Shown here piece after piece: positions 25,307-39,844 of a stretch of DNA of 64,000 nucleotides. The notes beneath the pieces were generated by a model. The model worked only from the letters and a program-made list of their open reading frames with translations, was not told the DNA's origin and searched no databases. The stretch spans positions 56,358,001 to 56,422,000 of the forward strand of contig NC_043003.1 of NCBI RefSeq assembly GCF_006345805.1, read 5' to 3'. Each line of letters starts with the position of its first letter. Position 1 is the first letter of the stretch. The stretch is from Octopus sinensis. Taxonomy: Eukaryota. The position numbers and the translations under genes were made by a program.

Positions 25307-26093
25307 AGGTTATCAATCCACTCAACAGACCACTTAACAACGTAGAATATTTGTCTATAGGGCTATTAATGAAATTGGCCAATATAGACAAAAATTAAAT
25401 CCAAAAGAAAATATATGAAGGTAAAGAATAACGAAAAGCAACAAATGCAAAACATCGCTATAAACACGAATATAATTGAAGATAATGCACCAAAATTTTG
25501 TTTGTTTACGTCGATTGAATGTCGATGACTCTATGAATGTGAGAATGTACGGACACACATACACACACACAAGCATACACGCACACATACACACACATAT
25601 ATACATATATATACACACAGACAAACACACACACAAGAACGCGTAGACGCGCGCACACACACGCACAAGCACACGCCGACGCAAACTCACAAGCACATAC
25701 AGACACAAACACGCAAACACAGGCAGTAAACACACATATACATATATGTAAATATACATATATATTGAAATATATATATATATGAGGGTGTATGTGTGTG
25801 TATATATATATATATGTATACATATATATATATATGTATGTGTGTGTATATACATATATATATATATATGTGTGTGTGTGTATATATATATATATGGTGC
25901 CGGTTGATATGTACGATTCAGTGACATTTATATCTGGATAGTACACAGATAAGATGGAGAAAAATGCAAGCATAAGCAAGCCTTTGGTAGCATAAATATG
26001 CATACACACTCGCTCGCACACACACATTCACACACACACACACATACGCACAGAAACACTCAAACACGTAGGCACTCATACATATATGTATAC

Positions 26094-26134
<41 letters not shown>

Positions 26135-26362
26135 GATTTATGCATTGTTAGTGGTTATATGTACGTGTTTCTATCAAATATACGCATCACATTGTCGAGG
26201 TAGTATACGCTCACCCACACACGCATACGTACTCATGTAAATATTTATGTAAATATTTATTTGTATATCTGTGTTTGTGTGGTGGTTGTCTTTATGTTCT
26301 TGTGTATCAATATTTATCTATCTATCTATCAATCTATTTATCAATCTATCTATCTATCTCTT

Positions 26363-26415
<53 letters not shown>

Positions 26416-26699
26416 GCACACACACATATATATATATATATATGTATTATGTATGCATGTATGTAATATTGTATATATATTTGTGTATAATTTATACCTA
26501 ACTTTATATCTATAAACATAGATATACACATACATGTATTATTTAATCTGTCTGCTTTTGTAGATGTTACTCTTATATCGATTAAGTAAGTTGTGATAAA
26601 TATGAAATTTTATAGCATATATGTTTGTATCTTGGAGCGTTTGTTTGTTTTGTTTTTTGTTTCATATAAACGTGCTATCACATATTCTCTGACGACTCT

Positions 26700-27950
26700 C
26701 ATGCAGCTATCCTTTGTGAATGAGGGACTTTGATATTGCTACCTTTCCTTTCGTTTCTTGAGAAGATGTTGGCTCACCTGGTATATGAAGGCACTGATGC
26801 TTATCAATAAATATCTACCCCTCTACACCACACGTAGGTCTTTTAGGTGTTTTCAGCATGATATTAGCAAGATATTTAATAGCTGTAGGCCTTTAAAATA
26901 CAAGTTATCGCAGCACTTGCTCCTTATTTTGAACGGAATCTATAGGATCTTTGTAACAGTGGAGTGTCATCCATTTCGGGGCCGGTATAATTTTCGATAA
27001 CAAAGTTTGGTGCCATGCCTCTCGAATCTCTCAAGAGCCTCTGCATATCTTCACACGGGGGTGCAAATTTGTAGTTCTTTCAGTCTCTCTCAAAAGCTTA
27101 AGTACTTCATCGATGCCAAATTTTTGGTGAAATACTTCCGGTTCCGCAATTTAACTGACACTTTTCTACTATATTTGCGAGCGCTCCATAGGACCGTAAT
27201 TGTCTTCTGGTCCCTTGTTCTCTAAGCCTTCCGAATCATTTCACTATTTTACTATACATTGCAACTATCATGCTAATACGTACATGAAACGTTGCTTTAT
27301 TATCCACATCATTCTGCAGCTCATGCATTGTATTTTACCCTAAAATTTAATTCAAAATATCTGGGTTTGGCATGTTTGCACAAATTAGCTGATAGCGGAG
27401 AGCATTGAATTGCGTGTTGATTTCTTCAACTCATCTATAAATGTCATTTAGATCTTTCTGTAGAAAGTGATTCTTGACTGCTCGCGCTACTTTCGTGCTT
27501 ACTGTGTATATAGCAGCATGTCTGATAGGGCCTTCAGGAACTGCAGTGGCCCTTTAGGCAGTCCATTCGCTTCTAATATCTCCTTGAAGATGACTCTATT
27601 AGCTGTCACAGAGTGAGATTTGTCTTTTAAGTATTCATATAACCATTCTGCCAGTTTTCCAATTATACCGAGCGTTATCATCTTATGACATAGTACACCT
27701 CTCTCAAGCTTGTGAGAAGCCTTTGCAAAATCGAAATATATCACATCCGTGTTTCAGAGATTCAGAAGTTGTTTCAACGTCCACTCATGATACTGCAGAC
27801 GCTGTGTAAAGTAGCTTCTTCCCCAACGGAAGTGATACTGAGTGTCAGGGAGCTACACATTGTAATCGATAACTGTTATCTTCTCTTGTAAATCTCTAGT
27901 GCCAAAGACCTGATTCGGCATAATTATTTGCAAGTGTCCCAACGAAGATA
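26700..27950 (-). mobile_element. CR1-like LINE: RT domain through 3' end, decayed
   Basis: LPDTQY.FRWGRS..TQ, VIYFDFAKA..LCHKM..GIIGKLAEWLYEYLKD, QKDLNDIYR, KGLQLL. Many stops. Confidence 0.85.
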
Positions 27951-28185
27951 TGATAAATAATTTTAGATTGCATTTTCAGTATTTCACACAACATTTGGTG
28001 GGTCTGCAGTCAGTTAGCCATACTCATCGAAAAGTAACCCAATTTTACCGACGCTTTTACAAATCTAGAGAAGGCTTCAAGGAATGTCATTACACTTTTT
28101 ACTGCCCTAGTTTCTTATTTTACCTCCTTTCTCTCACGTTCGTCTCTCTCTCTTTCTTTCTCTATCTCACTGTCTCCCTCTCTCA

Positions 28186-28279
<94 letters not shown>

Positions 28280-28440
28280 ACAAAACTGTCCGACGAACAT
28301 TACTTTGAGTAACATTACTTGTGATATTTCTACTGCTTTTCATAAATTACATACATACATACACACACACACATACATAAACTCTCTCTCTCAAACACAC
28401 ACACACACAAACATATATATATATATATATATATATGTAT

Positions 28441-29266
28441 ATGTAAAAAATATAAACTGGGACAAGAACGCAAAACATTTAGAAGACGATACAAATAAAA
28501 GGGACGGGACATTCGAAGCCTTCAATCTTCTGTCAAGAATCGGATCATCCTCGCAATTTCGGCTGATTAATCTTGAGATTGCTCCGATCTGTCCAGTCCC
28601 AAAGGAAAATCTAAGCCAAGCGCATTAGATTCCTTGGAAGAAAGCCTCGAATGTATACAAAAGAAGGACGGAAAAACGGACGAGGTTAAACGAATAAGAA
28701 TACAAAAATACGTAAAAACAATAATGATAATAATAATAACAAAAACAGGACATCACGGACAGGCGTCTTTCGACAGGACGAGTAAACTTTGAGCTGGCGT
28801 GGTAGAAAAATGCCTTAGGGCAGTGAGAAAAAATGTGTCTTGCCGCGACGACTGCTAAGTACGAAAGGCCAGCAATCGGTCAGTCAGTCACGTGTCAGGA
28901 GAAGAAAGAGGAAAAGAGGTACAGATGAATTAAGGAGGAGGAGAAGAGAGAAAAAAGGGGGAACAAGTAACAAAGGAGGAGGAGAAGAGAGAGAGAGCGA
29001 GAAAGAGACAGATCAAAGTGGAGTGCAAAGTGTGAAGGGCAGAGAAATTTAGGAGAGTGGGGAGAGACAGTGTTATAGAGTCGTACCATGTTTAAAGAAA
29101 TATGTACTTACATATAGCGCCGCTATATATATATATATATATATGTAAAAAAAATACAAACTGGGACAAGAACGCAAAACGTTTAGAAGACGATACAAAA
29201 TACACGGACGGGACATTCGAAGCCTTCAATCTTCAGTCAAGAACAGGAACATCCTCGCAATTTCGG

Positions 29267-29270
<4 letters not shown>
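28441..29270 (-). mobile_element. Non-autonomous element with ~130-bp direct terminal repeats (Penelope pLTR/retrozyme-like)
   Basis: 28441-28570 and 29141-29270 are near-identical and 704 bp apart. The minus strand of the right copy reads CTGAAGATTGAAGGCTTCGAATGTC; the left copy has CAGAAGA. Confidence 0.6.
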
Positions 29271-29313
<43 letters not shown>

Positions 29314-29984
29314 ATATATAAATTCAATTATTCTTGTCCTATCAGTACACCTTTTATTCGGCCATTGATGTGGAATGGTGGAATGAAATTGTTTGCAATG
29401 AACAAAGTTTAACGGTTACAACAGCAAGAAGCTATTTGCACGGAAAGCGACAAAAACATTTAGTGAAATTATGATATTTAGAAACTATAAATTCTTATTG
29501 GCCATATCTCTTTTCATGATGTATAATGCTTATTACAGACCTGCTTCGAGGGAAATCGCAATGAAACCATAACTAGGTTTGGGTACACCAACATAAATAT
29601 TTCCAGAAATATGTCAGACAATTTTTTTTTTATCTAGTCAGTAGGTGGGGGTATTTGTGCATATGCTGGTCATAGCAGAGCCCATTAGCTTGCACTCTTT
29701 CCAGTGATATACGCTACACAAAAGTACATTCTATGCGTCACACACATGATGTTTGGGGATCGGGGATGTGAATATCAGTCATATAATTTGAAGTTAAACC
29801 TTGAAAGTCAGACTACGTTGTTTACCCATGCTATTTACAGTCACGTCTTTACTTTCATATTTCTTACAGCCGCAACTACACGCACGCTTACATTGTAAGA
29901 GCACACACACACATAGACATACACATATACACACATATACGCACACATATACACACATATACATATATATATATATAATATATA

Positions 29985-30394
29985 GGCGCAGGAGAGGCTG
30001 TGTGGTAAGTAGCTTGCTAACCAACCACATGGTTCAGGGTTCAGTCCCACTGCGTGGCACCTTGGGCAAGTGTCTTCTGCTATAGCCACGGGCCGACCAA
30101 TGCCTTGTGAGTGGATTTGGTAGACGGAAACTGAAAGAAGCCTGTCGTATATATGAATATATATATATGTGTGTGTGTTTGTGTGTCTGTGTTTGTCCCC
30201 CTAGCATTGCTTGACAACCGATGCTGGTGTGTTTACGTCCCCGTCACCTAGCGGTTCGGCTAAAGAGACCGATAGTAGAAGTACTGGGCTTACAAAGAAT
30301 AAGTCCTGGGGTCCATTTGCTCGACTAAAGGCGGTGCTCCAGCATGGCCGCAGTCAAATGACTGAAACAAGTAAAAGAGTAAAGAGTAAAGAGT
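29985..30394 (+). mobile_element. CORE-like tRNA SINE, full length and best preserved
   Basis: tRNA-like head GGCGCAGGAGAGGCTGTGTGGTAAG..GGTTCAGTCCC, CORE-like TGGCACCTTGGGCAAGTG, internal TA/TG tract and (GAGTAAA)n tail. Confidence 0.95.
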
Positions 30395-30409
30395 ATATGA
30401 AAATATAAA

Positions 30410-31319
30410 CATACACGGACCCTCGAAAAATGTGGAACGCGTCAGATAAGCGTTGATACAGAATCAGAATATTTCTGCTCGAAGGCAATCAACTGAACTT
30501 GTCATTGGTAATTGATCGGTAAGGCATATTTTGCATGAAAACATGGGTTCCCATCCGTACAAATTGGTCGTTGACACAATGAGTTACGCACAACGGCTTA
30601 ACTTCGCATGTCAGATGGAAGCAATGTTTGAGTCATATGACAAACTAATTTTGTTAATGAATGCTGAAGCTCAAATTCATCTCAGTGGCATGGTGAACGA
30701 ACCGAACTATCGTCATTGGGCTCTTGAAAATTTCCGAGGGAACTGCACGAAAGACCTCTGCACAGCACAAATATGACGGTCTGGAGTGCTGTTGGAAAAG
30801 CTGTCGTCATTGGTCCTTAATTTGTTGAAGACAATAATGGAAATGCTGATAAACAATTTCTTAGAACCTGAATTACGACGAAAATCCATCCGTATTCCAC
30901 GTGTTTGGTTTCAACAGTACAGAGGGACGGCGCACACACCCAGAGCATTAATGGGCGTTCTTTGCCCTGTCTTCATGTCCAGGTTTGCTGACATTCCTTG
31001 TCACCCTCTGTCCCCTGATTTGTTCATGTGTGATTATTTCTCAATGCACGTGTGTGCGCGTATAAGCCCCGTACACAAAACGATTTGAAGGAAGATTTTC
31101 GCGTAGAAGTCGCCCAAATTGATACTGTAATACTGGAGATAGTGAAGGCCAAGTTCCAAGGACGCCTTCAGAAATGCATCATTGGAAATGGACACGACAC
31201 GATTGATGATGTTTTTCAGACTTGATTTTCATAAATTTTAATTCAGTAAATATTTTTGCATCTAAAATTAAGGATTTTGTGAAATTTTCAAAAACATCCG
31301 TCTTCCCTCCACCACCCTG
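30410..31319 (+). mobile_element. Tc1/mariner DD41D (rosa-like) transposase remnant with right end
   Basis: HPYKL, AEAQIHLSGMVN..N.R.WA, RELHERPLHS..TVWSAV, WFQQ..TAHT and PLSPDL..CDYF. Ends CACCCTG followed by TA. No left TIR found. Confidence 0.8.
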
Positions 31320-31749
31320 TACATAATACTTACATACATATTCATCCAAATGTGTGTGTGTGTGTGTGTGTGCGTGCGTGTGAAATATTTTGAACTGATG
31401 GGTATATGTCAATTAGTGTGTTGATGTTTTGAGTAAGGACAATCGTAGCAATGCCATATTCCCTAACTAAAGCGGGCAAATAACAACATGGCCGCTGAAG
31501 CTCGAGATTTTTAGCGAGACACCACTTTATGTATGAATGTACCTAATATGACCCAGACTGCAAATCTGATGCAGTACATTATGATACACAATACCCCACC
31601 CATAAGACAGAGTCAAATGATGGGTCAGAACGATCGTCGTATAAAATAGAGTATTATACCAATTCCATATTATGTTTTGTTAATTGATTATTATTATTAT
31701 TATAATTATATATAAACAAACACATACACAGACATGCATTTATATATAT

Positions 31750-31846
<97 letters not shown>

Positions 31847-32689
31847 TATGTGTGTGTGTGTGTGTGGTTAGATACATTGTTACATAGATAGAGAGACAGA
31901 GACAGGCATATAGAACACAAAAATAGCTCAAAGAAAATCAAAATTTTGCAAATACGTTAGTATTCTTATATATTTTAAGCGATATACTATGAAACAGTTT
32001 GTAAGATCTTCAAATACATTACACAAAGCAGATGTATGTATATATATATATATATAATTACCAATCATATAGGCATCACCTGTGTGTGTAGACGTGGTGT
32101 GGAAACATAACTAACCTGGCAAGAAAAGAACTCGAAACTAATCGAACCAGGTACACACACATATTGTTGTTTATTATCATTCGTGACCTCGGTTATGTCT
32201 AAAAGAACATTATGAAAAGGAAGACGGTCCCATAAGTATTTATATATATATTATTTTACATGCAAGTCTTAGACATACCACATTTCATTTTGTTTAAACT
32301 CACGGCAGTTCATCATAAGTGTGTACAATAGAGTTTATTTAAGTATTATACGACAAAATAAAATCTGTTCAGTTTTTTTTTCCAAAATTATAAAGCAAAT
32401 GAAATTACAAGACTCAAAATCTATAACACAAAACAGATGTATGTATTATTATTTATCAGTATATAACGAAGGCGAGAACTATGCCGAGAAGGCTGTCACA
32501 TATATGTGTGTGTGTGTTTGTATGTGTGTGTATGTGTGTGTGTGCGTGTGTGTGTGTGTGTGTGTACGCGTGCGTGCATGCGTTTGTGTATGTATGCTCA
32601 TGTATATATGTATATGTGAGTCAGTTCTTGTATGCCATTCGTATGAATTTAGAAAATTATGCATAGCTCATCAAACGAAAGTTGTAGTT

Positions 32690-33110
32690 GTAAATAGCGA
32701 GACAAACAATCTTGAGAATCCTTTCATCACGTCTACTCAAAGAATCAACCATTAGCACATGTGGCTGCTTCGAGACAGGGTCGGAAGTGTTGAAGTACCC
32801 GAATCAGATTATCTTTATCAATTTTAGACAGCATTGGTTACGGTGGACTTGAGAGATTCTAATGTGTTCTGGGAGTGTTGATTGAACGCTCTCTCGACTA
32901 CATCTCTACATAATAGCCCAGTAGATTGAGATCTGGTGAGGTTAGAGGCTATGTATCTTTTATGATATGATCATGGATATAATCCAGGACCGACTCTTGG
33001 ATTGTCTTAACCTTATGAGCTCTCAAAAATATGGCAATTGTGTACATTATTCCGAATTTTTTTACAATGTCTGGAAACATGAAAGTCAAGGTTCATCTTT
33101 TGCTATTCAA
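32690..33110 (-). mobile_element. Tc1/mariner DD37D (maT-like) 3' remnant
   Basis: Minus translation AHKVKTIQE..HDHI..*PLTSPDLNLLGYYV, then DKDNLIR..HFR..LEA..ANG, resembles maT C-termini. Confidence 0.65.
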
Positions 33111-33571
33111 GTTGTAGCTGAAAATATTTTCCAGGTCTTTCTTGCCTCTTAACTAAGTCCGTTATCATACAGATATAGCTATTAGACATTTTTCATCAGA
33201 TCTATCAGCTGTATTTCTTCCTAGCGACCTACAATATATTGTGCTTTCAAAGTCCTCTTAGACAGGGGTACAAATGAGACAACTATTCACAACATTACCA
33301 AGAATTCGGAAACCGGAATGGTTATTAAAAGATGCCAAACAATTGGAAAGAATCTGCACTATTTCACAAGATAACACTGGATTACCTGGACAGGATTTCC
33401 TTGATAAGATTTACAGGAATTGCTTGAAACTTGATGTCAGATAGGACTAGCAGCACTAGTCAAGTGCATTCTATATCCTGCCAATGTTAAATAAGAGTAC
33501 TTATCTGACGAAATGGGTTAGACCAAAGTGCAATTCTTCAAATTATCGACAAACATGCCATTTATTTGCAG

Positions 33572-33613
33572 AACAGCTGCCCGTTAGTTTTGTTAAAGTA
33601 TCGTTTCAATATG
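33572..33613 (+). other. Candidate 42-nt exon ending in ATG
   Basis: Acceptor TTTATTTGCAG and strong donor ATG|GTGAGT, in non-repeat sequence. Unverified. Confidence 0.2.
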
Positions 33614-33778
33614 GTGAGTAATTATTTCCATCCGGTTTTATTCCTCCGTCAATCCATTTCTAATGACTGAGTTCTTTCACAAGGCAGTCAAAATCGAATC
33701 GAATCTCTTCCTTCATTAACGAACACTTAGTTTACTGAACAAAAATCTATTTTTGGGTTTTCAGTGGAAGCATTTCAG

Positions 33779-33824
<46 letters not shown>

Positions 33825-35590
33825 AAGCATTCCTATAAATCTATAGGCAACACTGTTGATCTGTAAAAATAGTTCACAATACTGCAAAACAACTAATTTA
33901 ATCAAAGCCTTCATATTCACCGCTACGTAGACTTAAAAAAATATAAAATCACCCCAGTAAGGCAATTGCCTGATTTTTAAAGCTTGGAGCAATGCAATGA
34001 CTCATTATTAATGATTATGGTATAATTATAAACAGGGAAAATTTTAACCATTGATCCGCCGATCGAAAAAAATGACGAACGAACTTAATCTATTTTCGAA
34101 CCTCAGTGGTTTCTCCTCATCAAAGGCGTTTACATCATTCTAACAGTCTCCAGACAAACGAGCAGCCAAGCTGTTTATTTACTCAACAAATCCAGCAGTT
34201 ACTCCACGAAGGAATACCTAATTTGCATACCGAAAGAAGTTTATATAAACTAAGAAATTTACGTAGCATATCCACGATACATGGATACCCACTGGTGACA
34301 TCAACCCGTTTCGATGACGTTGACTTCAGTTTCCTGAAATAATCATTACCGTATCAATCAAAGCATTGCAAGTGCATATATTGATTAGTGCTGAAATCTC
34401 TGTTGACCAATGTCGCTCTCGTAATCACCATATTCAATAAGGATGCTGAAAATAATGTTGCGAAAATAACCTATAAATTCTCTTCGAACCTATTTGTAAA
34501 ACAAAACCATTGAATACTGTGCAACGCCGAATTGTCATATCTGTGATAGTGCGTATTAAATATCGTATAAGCGTCGGCTCAGAGCTATTATTAGTTTAAT
34601 TTCTCCCTCGGTACCTGTATTGAAGTTCCAATTTGTGGTTGTGCTCCTCTCCTCTCGGCCTTCACTTTTACGTAAGATATAAAAATGGTCATATTCTTAT
34701 GGGTGGTTTAACACCGAATAGCTCTGAGTCTAATCGGTCTTCAAATCGTTTTAAAATTCAAAGAATTTCTTCAGTATATTCCAAAGATAATATTTTATTT
34801 TTCACTTACAGCGATAAGTAATATTGTATTCGAATTTGGTTGACACTCTGTCCTTATTTAATATCCTTGAATATAAAGTGTATGACATATACTCATTAAT
34901 GGCGCAAAAGATATTGTATGGGAGCCAATATTTCGCATAGAGCATTACATACCAATGAAATTATAGAAATACAATTCATTTGTATCGTGATATATAACCT
35001 CTCAATGCAATAGTCTACGTGCTATAAAACCAAATATTCATTCATTAAGAGCTATTCTGGTACATTAATATGGATTTAACAGATATTTTAACAAAGATAA
35101 AATAACTGAAGGCTGACTGGATCAGTCATCTATCTATAAGAATCCAAGCTTTCATGGATTCTCTTATAATAGAGAAACATGTTCTTTAAAATTGCGAATA
35201 CAAGAAAAACCGAAATCCTCAATGTGGACAGAATTATTGAAGTTTGATATTGCACATTATATATGATGTATTTGATGTATAGTATATGATGCAAGGAAAT
35301 AGAATATCATATAGATATATAAGTGTGTGTGGGGGGGTCTGTGTGTCTGCGTGAGTGTCTGTGTGTCTGTGTATGAAGGGAGAATTGTTTGTTTCTACAA
35401 AGAGGAACACGAACACAAAGTATGATTGCTTTTATATGTGTGGGGGTGTCTGTGTATCTATCTATCAATAGATATAATGGATAATAAAACCATTACACCT
35501 CATAGCTTACTGGTAAAGAATGGTCATATGTATATCCGTGTGTGTGTGTGTGTGTGTATGTATGTACATATATATATGTATGTACATATA

Positions 35591-35633
<43 letters not shown>

Positions 35634-35667
35634 TATATATTTATATACGAAAGCATGAATATATATG

Positions 35668-35698
<31 letters not shown>

Positions 35699-37164
35699 GT
35701 GTTTCTCTGTGTCTAAGTGCAAAAAATCTGTGAGAGAGAAAGAAAGAGAGTGACTGCGCGTGTGGAATGGAATTCCCATATTTCACGGCATAAAACAATG
35801 TTAACTTTGAAAACTGAGAGAATCTGTGCTCATAAATCCATTTTGATAATCCATAAATTTAAATAACATAAAAGTCTAACATTAATTCTGAATGCGGAAG
35901 TTGTCTAGTGGATATAAGTAATATTAATCTTAGTTTAGAAATTCCTGGATGTATAGTCTATAACCATCCATAAAAACGATCGAAGATCAAATATCGAAAT
36001 ATGGTGTAGCGAGTAATCATAAAACAAAATGACCCTTCATCTCTAAAAAAAAAATGCGGTTAATAGCTCGTTTACGTATGTGTATCTATCTATCTATCTC
36101 CCACTATACATACATAAATGTATATTATGTATATATGTATATATATATATACAAATACATATGTGTGTATGTCTATGCATATATTTATAGTATGTTTATA
36201 TTTTTATCATATCATATTATACGTATTATATTGCATTATCTTTATCTTTACATAACAAATAGTGCTCACTACAGATCTCTATCAGCTATATTCTGGCTGT
36301 ATAACAACCGTCTCTACGTCAATTCAATATTCCATCAACAAAGGCAAGCAAGATAATTTCAACGAAGTAATCCAACATATTGACTAGAATATGTAACTAA
36401 AACAGTTTGCTTTGAAAGCTTTTCGTGCCATGGCTACCTGAGTATGCCGAGCAAAAGAGATATTATAAAATAGGCAAAAAATAGTATAGTTAACGCACGC
36501 TTCCATTTTCAATCAGAGTTTCATTGTAAAACCTGTAAGTGGTATCATGGTTATAAATCATAGCAATATATATTCTGCCTGCCTTCAAATTATTCAAAGC
36601 GGTTTATACGCTGGAGTATAACGAAACTTTGAGTGTCATATGACACTGGTAATGCAATTATAATTAACTCTAATTGCACCCATTTGTTTTCTGCCAATAG
36701 AGGAGAAAATGCTTGAAAGACTCGTAAAGAAACGAATACCGAGACCCAAACTTCTGAATGGTTCTATTACAGTAATATGCAAAGGAATTCGAAGGATGTA
36801 CGCTTCTCGCAAGCCATATTGTAACGAAGTAGAAACGATATTACATCATGGCTAAAAGAAAAATCCTGATTGATGAGAATTCTCTGACAAATAATATGGT
36901 GTTGGCACATGAAAAGAAGAGCCGAATATATCAAAGACCTAAGAATAGTAAATAAAAATTGCAGTGTTCGCCGAGCAGTATGTGGTGGTATTTTGTATAT
37001 ACCTAAAAAATGCCCCGAAATGTCTTGCAGTGGATTGTAATCTCGCGAGCTAGAGACTGAATCAGAAAATATTTCATTTATATAGTTTCAAAGTAAATGG
37101 CATAGATATAAGGAAAGAGTTACAGAGCAATGCAGAGAAGGAATTTTTAGCAAGTACGGAAAGG

Positions 37165-37510
37165 TAGTGAAAACGCGTGGTTCAGAAGTTAGAGCGTCGA
37201 GCAGAATATCTTGACATAGCGAGTTCGATTCCCGGACCGATCTGTGTGTTGTGTCCTTGAGCAAGAAAGTTTATTTTCACGTTGCTCCGGTTCCATTCAG
37301 CTGTAGAAATCAGTTACAACGTCACAGTTGCCAAGCTGTATCGGTCTTTGCCTTCCCCTTGGATAACATCAGTGCCGTGGAGAGGTGAGGCTGAGGTCCA
37401 TGGGCAACTGATGGCCTGGAATAAATAACGATGGTAGAGCTTGTGCCTCGGAGTGTAACTTTCCAGGTGCAATCCTATGGTCATTCATGACCGAAGTGGC
37501 TCTTTACCCT
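37165..37510 (+). mobile_element. tRNA-derived SINE (TGTGTCCTTGAGCAAG domain plus a distinct tail)
   Basis: GAGTTCGATTCCCGG B box. Central domain is shared with 4726-4963. Tail GGTGCAATCCTATGGTCATTCATGACCGAAG. Confidence 0.75.
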
Positions 37511-39844
37511 TCACCGTTTACTCTATTCTGTTTACTGAAACAAAATACTGCACGACTGGCTTTAGTTGTATCCAGACTAGTCTGGTACTTGTGTAAATGG
37601 AAGAAAAATAAAATGTATTACAAAGTAGTCTAACGTGATGAAGCTATTCCATTGGTAGCATCAAGTTTGCTCGAAACCGTCGCGGACAGTGAAACGATTA
37701 AGGGATTTCTCTAATGGATAGTTCATTGCTGTATGCCCTGTAGCGCAAACCGTAAAGTATAACACACCCGAATATACATAAGCATACACACACACACGCA
37801 TGTGGTTCTCAAGGTAACCCCCATAGTAATCCAATACCGTGGAGTATAAAACAGAGTTCTATGCTACTGAAATCCAGGGTAACCGGTCACTGAAATTACT
37901 TCTTGAGGAGTATATAAACCATAAAAAAGTAAGGAGATATGATGTGTGAATATATTGGTTTAACCACTTGTTATCCTTAGGAATAATGGGTTTTGGCAGC
38001 TTTGATAGTGTAATAAAATATCAGTGTAAAATATATTATTTGACTAATATGCATGCTACGCATTATACAATACAAAGATATAGTTAGAAATCAATTGAGA
38101 TAAAAAGGAAAATCTAGCCCATCAGATCATTCAATATTGATCTGGTGTGCTAGAATTTTTTTTAATCTGCAATGATTTGTAAATACGCCATCGTGTTATA
38201 TAATACTTAGCATGCAGATTAGTAAAGACATGTAAAATTATTTATTATACACTGAAATTATTACATGTTAAAGGCTGAAAAACGGCCGTACCCCTAATGA
38301 TGACCAGTGGTTAGATAAACATATTCACCTCCTATGCCGCCTGATTTTTATGTTGTGTATATTTACTATGTATGTTCTCTTTTATTAACAACCGATTTGC
38401 GGAAATTTTTCGTTGTTATTATTGTTTAGCTCCGGGTAAATCTTAACCTAAAAATGCTTCGTTCAAAATCATCTAAGCTAGAGACATCCCGTCTTTGTGT
38501 GTGATGGTTGTATATGGTATTCAGCTGTTATTTCTGGCAGGTTAATTAACTTTATGCAGGCTCCATTATTTGCTTCTTAATCCTTTATCTTAGAAGTACG
38601 TGTGTCTCCGTATAGCAGTACATTGTATTTGTACGTATGAGAGGATTGTATCAAATCCCTTGAGCTTGACGTGATAAATATCATTAACGCTCACGGTGGA
38701 TGTGATTTGTTTCCTGTTCTCCACAATTAGCGTGAAAATTAGCGTCAATTGATTGAGGTTTACTATGTTATTGATCAGGAGTTTCTCTTAATTGGTGATT
38801 AGTTTCATTTTGTTTTATGGCAATGTAGGTGAAAATGATATATTTGATGTGAATGTCTTTCTAATTCTCTATAATTAATTACGGACGTTGTGTATATACT
38901 TTCTATCGGGAATTGAAACTGGTATCACAAACTTGGGTGATGTCAACACAACTTTATTAACACCTAATAAGTGTTTGTTTATCTTCGTTTGGTTAATTTT
39001 CAACGAGTTGAAACAAGATTATTTCTCATTTCACGTTTGGAAATTAAGTGGTTTACTTTTAATTGTTGCTTCTGTTGAGCGAAGAACAACTACATTATAT
39101 AATAAAAAAAACATATTTCTACAAGGAATACCTATTTTTATGCTTCCTTGCCTACCAAGAGTATCAATGTCCAAGGCGTGCTTCGATTTTGAAAATTATA
39201 CATTAACAGCTGAGCGATTTGACTTCTAATTCTAGCATGCCGATCGACCACAAAGAGGCCTTTTGGCAGATTATCTCATTGGTAGCCCGATGTACACTAG
39301 CAGGTTTTGGAGGAATTTCCTATTCTTCTACAACAAATTATAATAATCGTATTTGTAACCTTCTTAGTTTGGTACACGATTCTACTTTATTACACTCTCC
39401 GCTCGTAAGTCCTTGAAGGGAACTTTGATTTCGCAAATCTATAAGTAAAACTATTCAAATCATGATACTAGGATGTTTTCGAGAGCCTTTAAGACTACAT
39501 AATCTAATATGTATGTCTAGCTTCAGAACGATAGATTTTGATTTGAAGGTGGTTTTATAGTGCCCTTATCAGATCAAGCTAAATATTAATGCTCTCGCTT
39601 CCACTGTAAAGAAGAGATTAAAGAAGTGAACACACTGTTTAATATTTGTTCCGTAATAAAAGCACTAATACGCTGAGCAGAAGAAAACATTTTCTTAATG
39701 CCACGTACTGCAGTAAATAAACTGCAACACCCAATATTATACCAGGGACCTTAAGCTCTAAGATCCGGGGCCTAAACGTTGTTGTATGACCTGCTATAGT
39801 AGTTAAACATTCCCCTCAAATCTATACCTAAACATTATCTTTTA

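Noticed and set aside
38250-38295. GAAAACGGCCGTA hammerhead-like 3' half
   Set aside because: No credible CUGANGA core or helix II upstream.
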